A stretch of DNA of 64,000 nucleotides from Macrostomum hystrix. Its lineage: Eukaryota; Animalia; Platyhelminthes. The translations under genes were made by a program, and so were the position numbers. The stretch is taken from contig CATNEN010000030.1 in assembly GCA_950097015.1 (NCBI GenBank), positions 1,798,001-1,862,000 of the forward strand. Direction: 5' to 3'. How positions within the stretch are numbered: position 1 is the first letter of the stretch; the number at the start of each line of letters is the position of its first letter. The notes under the pieces are model-generated. The model was not told the DNA's origin and searched no databases. It saw only the letters and a list, made by a program, of their open reading frames with translations. Positions 10,501-23,660 of this stretch are shown here, in pieces.

Positions 10501-13500
10501 ACAAGCTGCTGAGTAAAGTGACACGTCTTTCCGAACGTAGAAAATTTTGTTTTAAGCCGGGACTCGAGTCCTATCTGCAAATTAGAGATCAAGAAACTGC
10601 GCTCCTCGCTTGTGAGCAGGAGAAATTTCAGGGTGAATTTAAATGCAAGTCTGTTGCATGTACATGTAGTGGATTAATATTCTGGAAAGCATTGGAGCAT
10701 TGCCGATGCTGCTAAACCCGGTAAATTATTCTCCTGATGCTAAAAAATTCGCTGGTAAACAATTTCCTTTTTCTTCCCCTAAAATCTTCAAGGAGGGTGA
10801 ATCGATTAGTAATAATTTGCAGCGAAAGCAACTCAACATCACCCCAACTCTCAGGCGCACCTGTCGTGCATTCAAATCAGTCTTGCCCTATTTGTTCCAT
10901 ATAGTTTTTTAGCGATGTAAGATTTTCAACAGAGAGAGAGTGCTTTTCAACAGGGGTAGATGCAACAGATAATTTTTTCAACCCATGCCTGCTATATGTA
11001 TCTGACTTCAATCCAATACGCACACCAGCTAGGCTGGGATGCCAAATTGCCACCGCCAAAAATTTAACTTTATGAAATTAGAAGTTCTACCTTCTGTTGG
11101 CGCTTATTAATTCAAGTCTTAATTCAATGGTCTTAATTCGAGCAGTGGGATTTTTCTAAACTTAACAAAGCTCTGAAAAAAGGAATAAAAAAGGACACTG
11201 CCACTTAAAACCCAATAAGGAATTGATTTTTTATGTTTGCTGCTATTTAAGCTATACTGTAAGTGTAAAGGCTGGCTCAATGCAACAAGTGAAAAACAAC
11301 GTTGAGCTTGTTAATTTAGCGTTGTTATTATTTAGTTGAACAATACATCATATTGTTTTATTTAGCTGAACATCTAAATCTATTAAGGAACCCTCTGAAA
11401 AAATGCACATCAGCATTAAGTGTCTGGTTGAAGAAATCCCTGTAAATGAGGGAATAAATACCAGCTACTATCTAGACATTTCCTGTCAGGTTTAAACAGT
11501 TAAGCTATATATTTTGTCGTTGTGACGCCCAAACGTAAATGACGCAACGATATATGCGAGCGCATTTCATTAAGATTAAAATAGTTGCATTCTAAGAAAC
11601 AGCTCTTGCAATGCGGGAAATTTTTGTAGCTTCATTATGTCATACCATGACAATGAACTTACGTCGAAAAGTCAGTCTGAGAAGTTCTAATGACATGAAA
11701 GAAATAGAAAGCTATTATAACTTTATTAGGTAACTTTAGGTCCTCATATATATATGTGTGTGTATCTATTCTAATATGTAACTTGTTTGTATTTTATGTA
11801 CTGTGACCTGTGTGTTTTCTTAGACTCTAAGAAACCCACTCATTACTCAATCTTTTCAAATACTTTCCTTTAATCATTCTTAATTTTAGTTTTAGTTTTA
11901 TCCTTTGCATAAAAACGCCTGATATCAATACATACCAGATCCCATTTATATGGCATATCAGACTGTAGCCTACTACTGTAGGTAGATGTGATAAATAATG
12001 GTGTGTAGGGCCTAGTCAATCTCAATAATTTTATAGGGTTAATATGTTAATCACATTGTAGCACAAGCATCTGTAACACATTGTAGCACATATAAAAGCT
12101 TGAATTATATTAATAATCAATTAATTATACAATTTCTTAATTATTAAAATAGAGTACTTAATTGTACAAAGCAGTCATTTACTCAGTTTGCTACCTGGTT
12201 GATGATTAGATTTTAAATCTCCTATTCAAAAATTCTAGTTACAATAGCTACTGCTTATATGGCTATAGTAAATACTGATTATATTTTGGGTTTCTGGTCT
12301 TATCGTCTGCTGCCACCTTGTCTTCTATTAACTTGTCTAAAAAGTTTTTTCAAACTTATCTGCCATATAGACAATTAAAAAGTCATCTGCTATCATATAG
12401 TGACTTGAAAGCAATTTTAAAATATCAGAGACATAGCCATATATATACAGCATATTTAATAGCAGGTTGACCTTCCTTTCATTGACACAGAACAAAAAGT
12501 ATGTGCAAATATGCTCACATTATTCAAATAACTAAAAAATCAGCTGATCTTTGAGTCACACACTGGCATGATAGCAAGGTGATTAATTTATTCTTATTCC
12601 AGTTAAGTCCAAGTTTGCCAACAAATAAGTTTGTCTGCTCATAAATTTAACTTGCTTACAAAGTCAAATCATCTGTTGGCAGACAAGATGGTGGCAGTCA
12701 AAGAGACTGGAACCCATATTTTGTGTTCTAGCAAGCTGTAGTCTGTTATTTAATAGAGGATTTTACTGTTTTAGGAGTTTTTTCTTGAGTATAGAACATA
12801 TTACTATGATTAGAATGTAGCTAACAAAGTCAGGGAAATGAAACATAGCAAGCATGGTCCCTAAGCATGTACTTTGTGTGACTCTTATGGGGTTTAATGA
12901 CTGGCTGGCAACCCCCGCACCTTGTCCTTTCTGCCCCCATTTTTGTGTGCTCTGCATCCCCTCTGACTTTGCCCCTCTGTGCCCACCCCCTCCTCAAGCC
13001 ACTTATTTGGCTGCCCTGCCTCTTGCTCCAAATACAGAGGCAGTATATATATTTACATTGTTTTTATTGCTGAATTGTTAATGTAAAAATGTTCAGAACT
13101 TCAAGATAATTGTTTACTTATCAGTTTTTAATAAAAACAGATTTCTAAAAAGTCTCAACAAAATGTTATTTCATAACAGTTTAGAGATTATAAGTTATCG
13201 TAGTACTTAACTAGCTTGTACTTTTTATTTGTAAGCTAACATTGTTTTGGTGAAGGACAACATAGTGATTCATTGTTATATAGATACTCATGTTTTGCAG
13301 CTAGTCTTTTAATGCCTTCCTAATAGTAAGCACAACTGTTAAGTTGAACAGCTATTGCTTTGTCTAGGGGATGGGCTAGGGTCTGCTTGTCCACATTGTT
13401 TTAAATATGCTGCTAAATATCGCTATAGAAATGGCTAGACTTTCGCATTTTCCATGGTTTTAATAGCTTTCAACTAGTGTGAGGTGTAATGTCCGCATGA

Positions 13501-13997
13501 CACAATCGCTTGCTCACAATGGGTATTTTGATGATTTTTTATTGAAAGGCTGTAAATGGTTGCTTTAGACAGGTTTAAGCAGTGCCAGTAGTAGCTGACA
13601 GCTCAGTGAGCACAGTTTTTAGTTGAGTTGCCTGTTGTTTGCGCGCTGTGAGCACAAGAAGAGGCATATTATTGAGTGACCCTTGTCCAGTACACAAGCC
13701 GCCTGTCCCGCCGATAAAATTTCAGCCTTGCGGTGTGCATACTGGCCGCTGCGGCTCCTGCCCCCTCCCCTTGAGCGTGCATCGGCCGGGATCAGACAAA
13801 AATCGATTATTCTTGCACAAATCTACTGGAAAATCCCAATGATCCTGCAGCTGTTGCACTAAATCCCAACTTAGCTTAATAGTTCGCTGACAATCAGTTT
13901 CAATACTTAGTCGCGGAATAGAAAGCAAAGTGTCCTGCAGTTGTTTAATATAAGATTTATTTGCTAGTATCCATTGGCAACAAAGCAAACATCCGTC

Positions 13998-16900
13998 ATG
14001 CGTCTCTGCCGCCGGAACTGCCGGTCTTGGCTGTTGACCCTGCTAGCCTGCCTGAGTCTGGCCTATGTCTACGTGACCTTGTCGGGCCGGAACCGTCACC
14101 GGACCGATGCTAAAATCGGCGGTTCCAATGTCGGCCAGAGCGGCAAGGACGCAGAGCTTGATGCAATCTGTCAGCGGCTTGGTGTGACGCACGATGTCTA
14201 TCAGGCCAGACTGCGCAGATTCGCAGAATACCAGAAATCCGAGCCGTTTCGTCAGGGCGACGGTGAACAGGGTCGCGGTGTGTACCTGACCTCCGAGGAG
14301 AAGGTTAGTGCCGCCACAGTTCCCATCCTAGTGTTAAGTAACGTTTGCCAACTCCTCGACCTCATCTTGTTCTGCAGGCTCGTCTAGGCTACGACGCCAT
14401 GTTCGTCAAGGAGGCCTTTAACCGCATCAGCAGCGATCGGATCAGTCTGGACCGTAGCCTCAGCGACATGCGCACGGTCGAGTGCCGGGCCGTCAAGTAT
14501 CCGGACGACCTGCCGAGCCTCAGCGTTGTCATCATCTTCCACGAGGAGGCGTGGTCCTCGCTGATGCGCACCGCACATTCCGTGGTCAATCGGACACCGC
14601 CGCGTTACCTCAAGGAGGTGAGCGGGGTTTTATGAGGGCTGAACTAGCTGATGGTATTGCTGAACTAGCTGATGGTATTGCTGAACTAGCTGATGGTATT
14701 GCTGAACTAGCTGATGGTATTGCTGAACTAGCTGATGGTATTGCTGAACTAGCTGATGGTATTGCTGAACTAGCTGATGGCATTGCTGAACTAGCTGATG
14801 GCATTGCTGAACTAGCTGATGGTATTGCTGAACTAGCTGATGGCATTGCTGAACTAGCTATTGGGATTGCTGAACTAGATGGTGGAATAGCTGAAAATAA
14901 GCAGTATTTGACGTTCTGCCAACTGACTTAGGTTGTACTGCTCGACGACTTCAGCACAAAGCAGCACCTGTTGCGTCACCTGGATGAATACCTGGCACGC
15001 ACCTTCCCAGACGGCGTGGTGCGAGTTGTTCGCAGTCGCGAGCGCCTTGGACTGATCCGGGCCAGGCTGGAGGGCGCAAAGGCGGCCACTGGGGATGTTG
15101 TGGCCTTCCTTGATAGCCACTGCGAGGCCACCAAAGGCTGGGCGGAGCCGCTGCTAGCTCGCATCAAGGAGTCACGCAGCGCTGTGCTCTGCCCGATCAT
15201 CGAGAGCATCTCGTCCGACTCTCTGTCCTATAACGGCGGCGGCGCCTCCTACTCCGTTGGCTCATTCTGGTGGTCTGGCCACTTCACCTGGGATATGGTA
15301 GGCTCTGCATTACAAGCCTGGGTTATGTTAGGATATGTTAGGCTCTGCATTACCTGGGATACGGTAAGCTCTGCATTTCCTGGGATATGGTAGCCTCTGC
15401 ATTTCCTTGGGCATGGCGAAAGTTTGTACTTAAAATATAATTACACTTTTTTGCAAATTCTACTCTTAGTAGCAAAATCAGGTTATGATGAGTTAATAAA
15501 ATAAACGGCGAGATTAAACGTTTTTAGGCTGTGTTCCTGTTGGTAACATTTGTTATAGTTATTTGGTGCGTTGCTAACAACATATATGCGGAGCACATTC
15601 CAGTGCACAGATAACAGCCTATCTTGCACACGTGCTTTGTAAAACATAGAGCGCTCAGTACAGGCACCAATTGGGGGTTTTGTGGCTCTGTCCTTCGAAA
15701 TGAAGCAATAAATACGCGTATATCCAGTTACAAACTATAAGCAAGAAATGACAGGAAACCTATTTACTAGTATTTTTCCGACATTAGGCTTCTGTGCAGA
15801 CGTATTTCGCAGCAGCTATATGGATTTCCCACTTAAGGGATTTCCTGTTTTACGAATATACGTCATAAAAAATGTTCCGATTTAATATTTGCTAACTTTT
15901 TGCTGCCTTTCCAACGTTTGGGATTCTCTAACTGGAAAAATTTCTCATTGTCTGATTTCCCATCTCTAGTGAATCCCTCAAAGTGGGGAATCACTAGAGG
16001 TGGGAAATCAGTGATTCCCCACTTTGAGGGATTCTCCACTTTGAGGGATTCCCCACTTTGAGGGATTCCCCAACTTGAGCGATTCCCCACCTTAAGGGAT
16101 TTCCCCACCTTGAGGGATTCCCCACCTTGAGGGATTCCCCACCTTGAGGGATTCCCCTTCAAGCGATTTCCAATTTTAGAATTTCCAGCTTTAAGTGATT
16201 TCTCATTTTTCTCATCTCTCATCTTCCACTTGAATGGACTTCTAGCTTTAAGGGATTTCCCGCTTCGAGGAATTTCTGATTCCTCACTTATACAGTAGAA
16301 TGACCATGATATTTTCCCTCTGAGGAAAGACCAGGGGGGTATTTCAAATGCCCACTTATTTCAGCATTATTTGGGATTTCCCTGTACGGATTTCCAATTT
16401 AAGCAATCCCAACTGGAGGGATTTCCCACTAGCAAGCTAAACCATTGCACCCTCCGCACCCCGCCAGATCCCTGACCACGAGACGCGCCGCCGCCAGAAG
16501 TCCACGGATCCTATTCGCAGCGCCACCATGGCCGGCGGACTGTTCGCCGTGGATCGAAAGTACTTCTTCGAGATTGGCGCCTACGACGAGGGCATGGGAA
16601 TCTGGGGCGGCGAGAACCTGGAGATCTCATTCCGAGTGTGGATGTGCGGCGGCACCCTTGAGTTCATTCCCTGCTCCCGGGTGGGCCACATCTTCCGCGC
16701 CTCGCATCCCTATTCGTTTCCCGGCCACAAGGATTACCATGGGCTCAACACTATGCGGCTGGTGGACGTCTGGATGGACGAGTACAAGCGGCTGTTCTAC
16801 ATGCACAGGTGTGCGAGATTCACTCCTTTGAGCCTTTCGATCCTTCGTCTATACTTGACCTACTTGGTTTCTTCATGACCCACTTGGTTTACTCATGACC

Positions 16901-18012
16901 CACTTGGCTTACTCATGACCCACTTGGTTCATTAATGACCCACTTGGTTTACTTATGACCCACTTGGTTCATTAATGACGCATTCGTTTTATTATAATGA
17001 TCGACTTGTTTTATTCATGACCCACTTGGTTTATTCATGACCCACTTGGTTTCTTTATGACCCACTCGGTTTGTTTATGACCCACTTGGTTCACTCATGA
17101 CCGACTTGGTTTGCTCATGACCCTCTTGGTTTACTCATGATCCACTGGGTTTACTCATGACCCATTTGGTTTAATAATGACCCATTCATTTTTTTCACGA
17201 TCCACTTGTTTTTTCATGACCTACTTGGTTTATTTATGACCCACTTGGTTTATTAATGACCCAATTGTTTATTTATGACCCACTTGGTTTGTTCATGACC
17301 CACGTGGTTTATTAATGATCCACTTGATCTATCTATCCATGACCCACCTGGTCTGTCCTAGACACATTTAGTCTAACAAATTTAGTCTACACTAGATTGA
17401 ACTTGACCTAGCTCAGGCCATTGACTCGATTGTCTCCACCCGCCGCACAGGCACGACCTCATCTCCCGCACTGCCGACCGCGGTGACGTATCGAGTCGCG
17501 TTGCCCTTCGTCAGCGCCTGAACTGCAAGCCATTCTCCTGGTACCTGGAGAATGTCATACCTGAGAAATTCATACCGGACTCGCCGCGTGATGTGACAGC
17601 CTACGGCATGCTGCGCAACCCAGTCACCAACATGTGCGTGGACCTGCTGAACTATAACGAATTCGACCGGAATCCCACCGCCGCCGGCCTGTACTCCTGC
17701 CAGGGCGGCGCCTCCGGCCACCAGATCTTCTCCTATTCTAAGAAACAGGAGATCCGCCGCGAGTGGGGCTGCCTGCAGGCCGGACCAGGCTCCGACCGTG
17801 TCAGCTTCATCAACTGCGCCGCCCGGGTCACGGATCCGGAGGCTGCGGCCAGTCAGCGATGGCTGCTTGATCCGCAGAGCAAGTCTATCCGGCACGCCGC
17901 TAGCAGCCGGTGCCTCAGCGCCGAGGGCGTACACAACGGCGAGGCGGCGAGGCTAGCCGAGTGCGCGGCGAACAACCCGCACCTGATCTGGGAGTTTGAG
18001 CACCGCCTCTGA
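13998..18012 (+). CDS. GALNT: Polypeptide N-acetylgalactosaminyltransferase (GT27), 5 exons, 604 aa
   Basis: Exons 13998-14303, 14378-14617, 14932-15297, 16468-16808 and 17451-18012, all GT-AG with matching phases (1815 nt). Type II N-terminal TM; [15 protein letters not shown]; [17 protein letters not shown]; VVLLDDFS; DxH motif FLDSHCE; [14 protein letters not shown]; [17 protein letters not shown]; C-terminal ricin-B lectin (CVD..., QIF, QRW). Confidence 0.96.
14638..14895. repeat. 21-bp tandem repeat (GCTGAACTAGCTGATGGTATT), about 12 copies, GALNT intron 2
   Basis: Direct periodicity. Source of the ELADGIA repeat ORF. Confidence 0.95.
16010..16160. repeat. 17-18-bp quasi-palindromic tandem repeat (CCCCACYTTGAGGGATT), GALNT intron 3
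   Basis: Direct periodicity, with dispersed related units from about 15820 to 16430. Confidence 0.85.
16858..17350. repeat. Degenerate 21-22-bp tandem repeat (CATGACCCACTTGGTTTACT-like), GALNT intron 4
   Basis: ATGACCCACTTGG recurs about 20 times. Confidence 0.9.
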
Positions 18013-18219
18013 GCACATTTCGAATTTCATGTTTTTTTATCCACTCTGCTTGAGTCACAATTGTCTAGCGGCGTCACGAAATCGACTCATAGATCATTCC
18101 TGTTGCACTCGCTGACTTGCAAATTTTCTTATTTTAGTGCCTTTTTAATTCGTTATGGTTTTCATTAATATTTTTGTTACAACAGCAACTGCAACCTGTC
18201 AAACTTGCACAATTGTTGA

Positions 18220-19025
18220 CAGGGATTGGGGAAAGCTGCAACCCACTGAAGCATCAGGGATTGGGGAAGCTGCAACCCACTGGAGCATCAGGGATTGGGT
18301 AGCTGCAACCCACTGAAGCATCAGGGATTGGGGTAGCTGCAACCCACTGAAGCATCAGGGATTGGGGAAGCTGCAACCCACTGAAGCATCAGGGATTGGG
18401 GTAGCTGCAACCCACTGAAGCATCAGGGATTGGGGTAGCTGCAACCCACTGAAGCATCAGGGATTGGGGTAGCTGCAACCCACTGAAGCATCAGGGATTG
18501 GGGAAGCTGCAACCCACTGAAGCATCAGGGATTGGGGTAGCTGCAACCCACTGAAGCATCAGGGACTTGGGTAGCTGCAACCCACTGAAGCATCAGGGAC
18601 TTGGGTAGCTGCAACCCACTGAAGCATCAGGGACTTGGGTAGCTGCAACCCACTGAAGCATCAGGGATTGGGGTAGCTGCAACCCACTGAAGCATCAGGG
18701 ATTGGGGTAGCTGCAACCCACTGAAGCATCAGGGATTGGGGTAGCTGCAACCCACTGAAGCATCAGGGATTGGGGTAGCTGCAACCCACTGAAGCATCAG
18801 GGATTGGGGAAGCTGCAACCCACTGAAGCATCAGGGATTGGGGTAGCTGCAACCCACTGAAGCATCAGGGATTGGGGTAGCTGCAACCCACTGAAGCATC
18901 AGGGATTGGGGTAGCTGCAACCCACTGAAGCATCAGGGATTGGGGTAGCTGCAACCCACTGAAGCATCAGGGATTGGGGTAGCTGCAACCCACTGAAGCA
19001 TCAGGGATTGGGTAGCTGCAACCCT
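18220..19025. repeat. 34-bp tandem repeat (CATCAGGGATTGGGGTAGCTGCAACCCACTGAAG), about 24 copies
   Basis: Direct periodicity, downstream of the GALNT stop. Confidence 0.95.
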
Positions 19026-19613
19026 ACATAGAGACCCAATAAACCAAGACCTTAGCTTCACAAGGCCATTCAATGTTTGCAATAGCTCTTTATAATATTA
19101 AAACAGGTTGTACTATTGCGGCACCTATTCTGTATGGTCATTGGCAAAAATAGCTGCTAATCACAATAGCTTGCACTTTTAAAATGCAGTTTTTATTCCT
19201 TACTGGTTTTATTACATATGAGAGCGTAACTTTGACTGTTATCTTAAACTCTGTTATAAATCCAGACACGAAAATAAAATTAATAAATGGTCATGAAATA
19301 GTTTTTTTCAGCCACCAATGGCTATTATTAATTAGCAATCATGAGATACACGCTTTTTCTGCAATACAGTTTATTTACCAAAAGCAGGAAATTATGAAAA
19401 AGTGGGATTCTGTTGCTGGACAAATTATCATAATATTACGTTATTTTTACTGAGGAATTGCAGCGAGCATTGGTTACAGTCTTGAATAAGTACAGAGCAA
19501 AAGTACAGGCGAGTTCTCAGAGAAAAGAGGTCGCACTCATTCTGTGCGACCCGAATAATATCAGAGAGGCGTTGCTGAGGCATTTCGCATTGGGAGGCTG
19601 AGGGGACAGTTTT

Positions 19614-20126
19614 CTAGGAAAAGTGTGCAGCGCAAGTGGTCTGCCGCCACTCCAGTTTAGACCGGAACTCGGCAGATCTGCTGTCCAGCCAGGTGTTCAG
19701 CAGCAGCTCCTTGTGAGTCTTGCAGCTCACATTCAGGCCAGCCGATGTGCTCACGATGGAGGCGCAGCCGGTCGTGATTGGCGGCGTGGAGATGAGCGGC
19801 CAGTCGGGCGAGAAGTCCACTTTCGGCTCGTCGCTCGGCTGGCACAGGCTGACGGAGACTCCGCCCTCTGGCCCATTGTGGCCGGGCACCGAGGAGCCGT
19901 GTGGGTGGACCAGCGGGCCAGCGAACATCGCCTGCATCAGCTGGGCCTGGAAGCGGCAATACTTTTGTTTGAGAGGCCTGTGAAGGTACACCGGCAGGTC
20001 GATGGCTGCTTCGTCAGCGCTGGCGTCTCTCCTAGAGCCTGAGGGCACAGCTTCGGTCAGCAACAGCAGCAGCAGAGCTGTGTAACCGAACAGTGCCTTC
20101 TGGAAGATGCGGATGTTGCAGTTCAT
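19614..20126 (-). CDS. Small secreted protein, 170 aa, signal peptide, 5 mature-region Cys; possibly a divergent cystine-knot family member
   Basis: ATG-initiated, GC-rich non-repetitive ORF in an AT-rich surround. Hydrophobic leader (ALFGYTALLLLLLTEA), dibasic RR after the leader, and an AG acceptor directly before the ATG. Family assignment is uncertain. Confidence 0.7.
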   Translation of the reverse strand: MNCNIRIFQKALFGYTALLLLLLTEAVPSGSRRDASADEAAIDLPVYLHRPLKQKYCRFQAQLMQAMFAGPLVHPHGSSVPGHNGPEGGVSVSLCQPSDEPKVDFSPDWPLISTPPITTGCASIVSTSAGLNVSCKTHKELLLNTWLDSRSAEFRSKLEWRQTTCAAHFS

Positions 20127-20845
20127 GCTGATTGAGTACTTCAGGTGCAGGAGTTAAGTCTTTATTGAATGGCTGCTCTGAGCATGGAGGATCCGTGAGC
20201 CGCTGCGTCAGCTTTTATGCGCGCTGTAGGGCTTGGCAAGCCACGGCAGGCCCGTGGGAGTGTCGCTGGAGTAACTTTGTACATGTTCTGCACCTGTGTG
20301 ATATTGGCACAGCTTGCTTGAAACATCCTTGTAATTTTGCACCTGTGAATGCAATGCGCACCGCGTGGCATTGCTTATTATTCTCACTGTGTAAGTTCTT
20401 GGCATTGGCGGCAGCTGAATCAGAGTCTCAGATAAGACATTCGGCTACGCGGTCTTTTTGGGGGTGGTCAGTGCGGAATCCCTGCTAGCTGCGGTCCGAC
20501 TAAAAATAGCTGGAATGTGGCTTGCTACCGGAGCTGTGTCACTGTGATGCCGATCTTTTCAGACCATTTGAAGCTTTAAAAAACTGCATTTATGCTAAGA
20601 ATTTCGCCAGTTTGGCTAAGAATGGAAGTAGGTGATTTCTCTAGCAAAAAATTTAACGCCGCTTATTGCCGGCTAGTCGGCTAAAGTTGCTAAATGGAAT
20701 AAAACTTCACATCAGGACATGGATTTCATGCCGAACTTGTAAAAGTTCTGCAAACGAAAATAAAGTGGTGTCTCACTGTCAAAGATCTGCTGATGTTTCT
20801 AAACGCATCTTCAGTTAAATTTCTGGCCTCCACGTTAGCTATCCG

Positions 20846-22946
20846 GTAGCTACCAGACAGTCTGGGTATTGGAGGCTATGATCTACCAGACTGTGTGGGT
20901 ATTGGAGGTCATGATCTACCAGACTGTGTGGGTATTGGAGGCTATGATCTACCAGACTGTCTGGGTATTGGAGGTCATGATCTACCAGACTGTGTGGGTA
21001 TTGGAGGCCATGATCTACCAGACTGTCTGGGTATTGGAGGTCATGATCTACCAGACTGTCTGGGTATTGGAGGCCATGATCTACCAGACTGTCTGGGTAT
21101 TGGAGGCCATGATCTACCAGACTGTGTGGGTACTGCAGTCCATGATCTACCAGACTGTGTGGGTATTGGAGGCTATGATCTACCAGACTGTGTGGGTATT
21201 GGAGGCCATGATCTACCAGACTGTGTGGGTATTGGAGGCCATGATCTACCAGACTGTGTGGGTATTGGAGTCCATGATCTACCAGACTGTGTGGGTATTG
21301 GAGGCCATGATCTACCAGACTGTGTGGGTATTGGAGGCCATGATCTACCAGACTGTGTGGGTATTGGAGTCCATGATCTACCAGACTGTGTGGGTATTGG
21401 AGTCCATGATCTACCAGACTGTGTGGGTATTGGAGGCCATGATCTACCAGACTGTCTGGGTATTGGAGGCCATGATCTACCAGACTGTGTGGGTATTGGA
21501 GTCCATGATCTACCAGACTGTGTGGGTATTGGAGGCTATGATCTACCAGACTGTGTGGGTATTGGAGGCCATGATCTACCAGACTGTGTGGGTATTGGAG
21601 GCCATGATCTACCAGACTGTGTGGGTATTGGAGTCCATGATCTACCAGACTGTCTGGGTATTGGAGGCCATGATCTACCAGACTGTGTGGGTATTGGAGT
21701 CCATGATCTACCAGACTGTGTGGGTATTGGAGTCCATGATCTACCAGACTGTGTGGGTATTGGAGTCCATGATCTACCAGACTGTGTGGGTATTGGAGTC
21801 CATGATCTACCAGACTGTGTGGGTATTGGAGGCTATGATCTACCAGACTGTGTGGGTATTGGAGGCTATGATCTACCAGACTGTGTGGGTATTGGAGGCT
21901 ATGATCTACCAGACTGTGTGGGTATTGGAGGCTATGATCTACCAGACTGTGTGGGTATTGGAGGCCATGATCTACCAGACTGTGTGGGTATTGGAGGCCA
22001 TGATCTACCAGACTGTGTGGGTATTGGAGTCCATGATCTACCAGACTGTGTGGGTATTGGAGGCCATGATCTACCAGACTGTGTGGGTATTGGAGGCCAT
22101 GATCTACCAGACTGTGTGGGTATTGGAGTCCATGATCTACCAGACTGTGTGGGTATTGGAGTCCATGATCTACCAGACTGTGTGGGTATTGGAGTCCATG
22201 ATCTACCAGACTGTGTGGGTATTGGAGTCCATGATCTACCAGACTGTGTGGGTATTGGAGGCCATGATCTACCAGACTGTGTGGGTATAGGAGTCCATGA
22301 TCTACCAGACTGTGTGGGTATTGGAGGTCATGATCTACCAGACTGTGTGGGTATTGGAGTCCATGATCTACCAGACTGTGTGGGTATTGGAGTCCATGAT
22401 CTACCAGACTGTGTGGGTATTGGAGTCCATGATCTACCAGACTGTGTGGGTATTGGAGTCCATGATCTACCAGACTGTGTGGGTATTGGAGTCCATGATC
22501 TACCAGACTGTGTGGGTATTGGAGTCCATGATCTACCAGACTGTGTGGGTATAGGAGTCCATGATCTACCAGACTGTGTGGGTATTGGAGTCCATGATCT
22601 ACCAGACTGTGTGGGTATAGGAGTCCATGATCTACCAGACTGTGTGGGTATTGGAGGTCATGATCTACCAGACTGTGTGGGTATTGGAGTCCATGATCTA
22701 CCAGACTGTGTGGGTATTGGAGTCCATGATCTACCAGACTGTGTGGGTATTGGAGTCCATGATCTACCAGACTGTGTGGGTATAGGAGGCCATGATCTAC
22801 CATACTGTGTGGGTATTGGAGGCCATGATCTACCATACTGTGTGGGTATTGGAGGTCATGATCTACCATACTGTGTGGGTATTGGAGGCCATGATCTACC
22901 ATACTGTGTGGGTATTGGAGGCCATGATCTACCAGACTGTGTGGGT
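20846..22946. repeat. 33-bp tandem repeat (GTATTGGAGGCCATGATCTACCAGACTGTGTGG), about 63 copies
   Basis: Direct periodicity with variation concentrated at a few positions of the unit. Stop-free over most or all of its length in three frames. Confidence 0.97.
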
Positions 22947-23457
22947 CACGAGTAGATGAAACCTGAGCTCGAAGCTTTTTTTGCTCAGTGATTTTATGAT
23001 TTAGAAGCACACAATATCACATTTACGACTGGGTCAAACTACTCGACTTGGGTAAAGCAAATATTGCAACTATTAAAATGTGACCATGTGGGCAAACTTT
23101 CACAGAAAGATAATAAAAGAATGCTAAATTTAGTCATTCTTTTTAAGCCTTAAAATGATAGCAATCTAAAACACGGCACGTGATTGCAAATTGAACAGAA
23201 CAGGTCACAGTGCATTTAATTAGAGATACATTTTGTGTAACTAACATACTCGTAGCCATTTAAAAATATCTTTTTTACTGCAGCAGAAGACCAAGCCTAG
23301 TCAATCGTTCGGACAGCACTTTAAATCACTGTTACACGAACCAACTTGCAATTTTCAATCATGTTTATGTCTATTTAACTGTTTAATTTTTACTCATTCA
23401 GCTGAGAATGAACCAAGGACTGCTCGAGTTACGTTTACTAACGTTTACACCACTGAA

Positions 23458-23660
23458 TTAGCTGAGAATAGCAGCTGAGAATAGCAGTTGAGAATAGCAG
23501 CTGAGAATAGCAGCTGAGAATAGCAGCTGAGAATAGCAGCTGAGAATAGCAGTTGAGAATAGCAGTTGAGAATAGCAGCTGAGAATAGCAGTTGAGAATA
23601 GCAGCTGAGAATAGCAGCTGAGAATAGCAGCTGAGAATAGCAGTTGAGAATATCAGCTGA
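23458..23660. repeat. 13-bp tandem repeat (GAGAATAGCAGCT), about 15 copies
   Basis: Same unit as the array at 26765-27340. Confidence 0.95.

Noticed and set aside
10545-10620. tRNA-like sequence on the - strand (GGACTCGAGTCCCGG), and a similar one at 35325-35390
   Set aside because: Only a degenerate B-box and no cloverleaf. At best these are decayed SINE heads. No true tRNA gene is called anywhere in the window.
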